Shown here: in pieces, positions 62,158-64,000 of the stretch
How the letters are laid out: the number at the start of each line of letters is the position of its first letter
Numbering within the stretch: position 1 is the first letter of the stretch
NCBI GenBank assembly: GCA_047602425.1
Contig: JASGHG010000001.1
Coordinates: 3,552,001 to 3,616,000, forward strand
Reading direction: 5' to 3'
DNA: 64,000 nt
DNA from: Nibricoccus sp.
GTDB lineage: Bacteria; Verrucomicrobiota; Verrucomicrobiia; Opitutales; Opitutaceae
Program-made: the position numbers and the translations under genes
The notes under the pieces: generated by a model
Database searches by the model: none
Seen by the model: the letters and a program-made list of their open reading frames with translations, nothing else
What the model was told of the DNA's origin: nothing

Positions 62158-62784
62158 TTACCAGCCGCAGTCGCAGCCATATTCGCCCGGTCGGTGCGAA
62201 CCACGTCCGTTAAAATTGAACTGCGAGAGGACGACCGTGAATGCGAATTTGCCGTCAGGATCACTCACAGTGGTGGCCATCGATGCACCATAACCACTGC
62301 GGCCGCCACTGCCCCACATGTAGGCGAGCGTGACTTCGCCATGCACTTCGAGTTTTTTGGGAGTGATTTCAACCCAGTCTCCTCCTGGAGGCGTGGAGAC
62401 AAAGGGCTTCGTTATGAGTGGGCCGGGTGGTGCGGGCCGATTGGCTACGGCGAGTGCGACGAGTTCGTCGAGACGCTTGAGTTCGGGCGTCATGAGTTGA
62501 TCGAGCCCGGCGTCCTTGCGCTGTTGCGGCGACCGGCGGCGCGTAAACGACGTCGAAAACGCCGGCGTATCGCCTTGCCGCGCGACAGAGATTTCGCGTT
62601 GGACTTGCGCATCGAGCGAGGCCAGTTGCTCCGCGGAAAGCTTGGCGAAACCGATGGCGACTTTATTTTCTTCAGTAAGTGAAGCGGTGAAGCCCGTCGG
62701 CTCGGCCCGAACGGACAGAACCGAAAGCAAAGCCACGGCCATCAAGCCGCTGATCAACCGTGGAATTTTGCGGGCGAGCTTCAC
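62158..62784 (-). CDS. Hypothetical secreted protein
   Basis: Signal peptide; duplicated GL-x-x-L-x-x-x-(Q/E)L-x-x-LD helical unit; beta-rich C-terminus. Confidence 0.65.
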   Translation of the reverse strand: MKLARKIPRLISGLMAVALLSVLSVRAEPTGFTASLTEENKVAIGFAKLSAEQLASLDAQVQREISVARQGDTPAFSTSFTRRRSPQQRKDAGLDQLMTPELKRLDELVALAVANRPAPPGPLITKPFVSTPPGGDWVEITPKKLEVHGEVTLAYMWGSGGRSGYGASMATTVSDPDGKFAFTVVLSQFNFNGRGSHRPGEYGCDCGW

Positions 62785-62890
62785 AATGAATCCGACGCTG
62801 ACATGCGGGGGAATGTTCCGCGAGATTAGAACGCGACGACGGGAAATTTCGTTTGTCCGTTTTTGCCCGATTGGCTATGGAAGCGTTTCT

Positions 62891-64000
62891 ATGAAATTGC
62901 CCCGTTTTCTTTCGACGTTGTTGGTCATTGGCTTGGCGCTGGTTTGGTTGACTGGCGCCACTCACGCGCAGGATGCCGCGACAGTTTCGTCGCTCGGTTT
63001 TTCTCCCGAGCGACTGCAGCGGCTCGACGCTGTGATGCAGGAAAGTGTGGCGAAAAAAGAGATCGCCGGCGGCATCATGTACATCGCTCGCAACGGGCAA
63101 ATCGTGAAACTTCAGGCCTACGGCATGCAGGATATCGAAAACGGGAAGCCCATGCAGACCGATGCTATTTTCCGCATCGCTTCGATGAGCAAAGCCGTCA
63201 CGACGGTCGCCATCATGATGCTCTACGAGGAAGGGCGTTTCATGTTAAAGGATCCTGTTTCCAAATATATCCCGGCCTTTGCCAACTCCGTTGTCGCCGT
63301 GCCTCCGCCGGCTGGTTCGGCTTCCGAGGCAAAATACGTTACCGTGCCGCTGAAGCGCCCAATCCAGATCCGTGATCTGCTCACGCACACCGCCGGCCTC
63401 ACCTACGGCGACGGGCTCGCGAAGGAGGATTATAAAAAGGCCAATCTCACCGGCTGGTACTTTGCCAACCGCAGCGAAACCATCGGAGAGGCGATGAACC
63501 GCCTTGCCACGCTTCCCTTGCATGGCCAGCCCGGTGAAGCGTTCCAGTACGGTTACGCGACCGACGTGCTCGGTTACCTCGTTGAAGTGGTTTCGGGTAT
63601 GCCTCTCGACAAATTCGTCGAGGAACGCATCTGCGGTCCGTTGAAAATGAAAGACACCTGCTTTTTTCTGCCGCCCGAAAAGGTTTCTCGTTTCACCAAT
63701 CTCTATGGTTATGAAAACGGGAAACTCGTGTTGAAGGAGAAGGCGTCGACGTCTGACTACGTGCAGGGCCCGCGCAAATGTTTTTCGGGCGGGGCCGGAC
63801 TACTTTCCACCGCCAACGATTATGGACGGCTTCTGCAGATGCTGCTCAATGGCGGCGAACTCGATGGGGTGCGTCTGCTCGCTCCGAAGACGGTCGAGCT
63901 GATGCATCAAAACCACGTTGGAAACAAATTCTCTGGCGAAGGCGACGGGTTCGGCCTCGGTTTTTGGGTGAAGGGCGACGTCGGTAATTGTGGCGAGATC
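62891..64000 (+). CDS. Serine hydrolase / beta-lactamase class C-like (continues past the right edge)
   Basis: Read manually: MKLPRF... signal peptide, IFRIASMSK (SxxK), LLTHTAG, PGEAFQYG, SGGAGL. Confidence 0.9.
   Translation, partial: MKLPRFLSTLLVIGLALVWLTGATHAQDAATVSSLGFSPERLQRLDAVMQESVAKKEIAGGIMYIARNGQIVKLQAYGMQDIENGKPMQTDAIFRIASMSKAVTTVAIMMLYEEGRFMLKDPVSKYIPAFANSVVAVPPPAGSASEAKYVTVPLKRPIQIRDLLTHTAGLTYGDGLAKEDYKKANLTGWYFANRSETIGEAMNRLATLPLHGQPGEAFQYGYATDVLGYLVEVVSGMPLDKFVEERICGPLKMKDTCFFLPPEKVSRFTNLYGYENGKLVLKEKASTSDYVQGPRKCFSGGAGLLSTANDYGRLLQMLLNGGELDGVRLLAPKTVELMHQNHVGNKFSGEGDGFGLGFWVKGDVGNCGEI

Noticed and set aside
62891..64000. True beta-lactamase resistance gene
   Set aside because: SxxK serine hydrolases of this type are mostly esterases or peptidases; activity is not inferable and the gene is truncated.

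Overview
64-kb chromosomal window from a GC-rich bacterium, most likely Opitutaceae (Verrucomicrobiota). This is inferred from gene content, lineage-typical hypothetical proteins and repeat style. Much of it is core genome: cls, acpH, radC, surA, mfd, rnc, parA, pnp, rpsO, DciA-like, gluQ, rlmN, cysE and tRNA-Tyr/Cys/Leu. It also holds an LPS/surface-glycan cluster (GT2 x4, GT9, gmd, MsbA-like ABC), oppBC, carbohydrate genes (PL1 pectate lyase, GH97, sugar porter + DUF5107 + AraC) and a surface-protein locus (BACON/delta-60 protein with a 45-Ser linker and GlyGly-CTERM-like tail, a PagL-like gene and a beta-barrel). No integrase, transposase, rRNA or CRISPR array was seen. Highlights: (1) an orphan ParA operon whose partners are an alphaCTD/HhH-like protein ending in a MinD-type membrane-targeting helix and a coiled-coil protein with a basic N-terminus, a candidate undescribed positioning system; (2) a 170-bp-period tRNA-Tyr-linked repeat containing an anti-T-arm segment; (3) a 23-25-bp palindrome family sitting in frame inside proteins; (4) several short-unit inverted-repeat elements; (5) a structured rpsO leader; (6) two +1 frameshifts in the same GCGG^CC context, probably a systematic sequencing error. 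All family calls come from motif recognition by eye; no searches were run.
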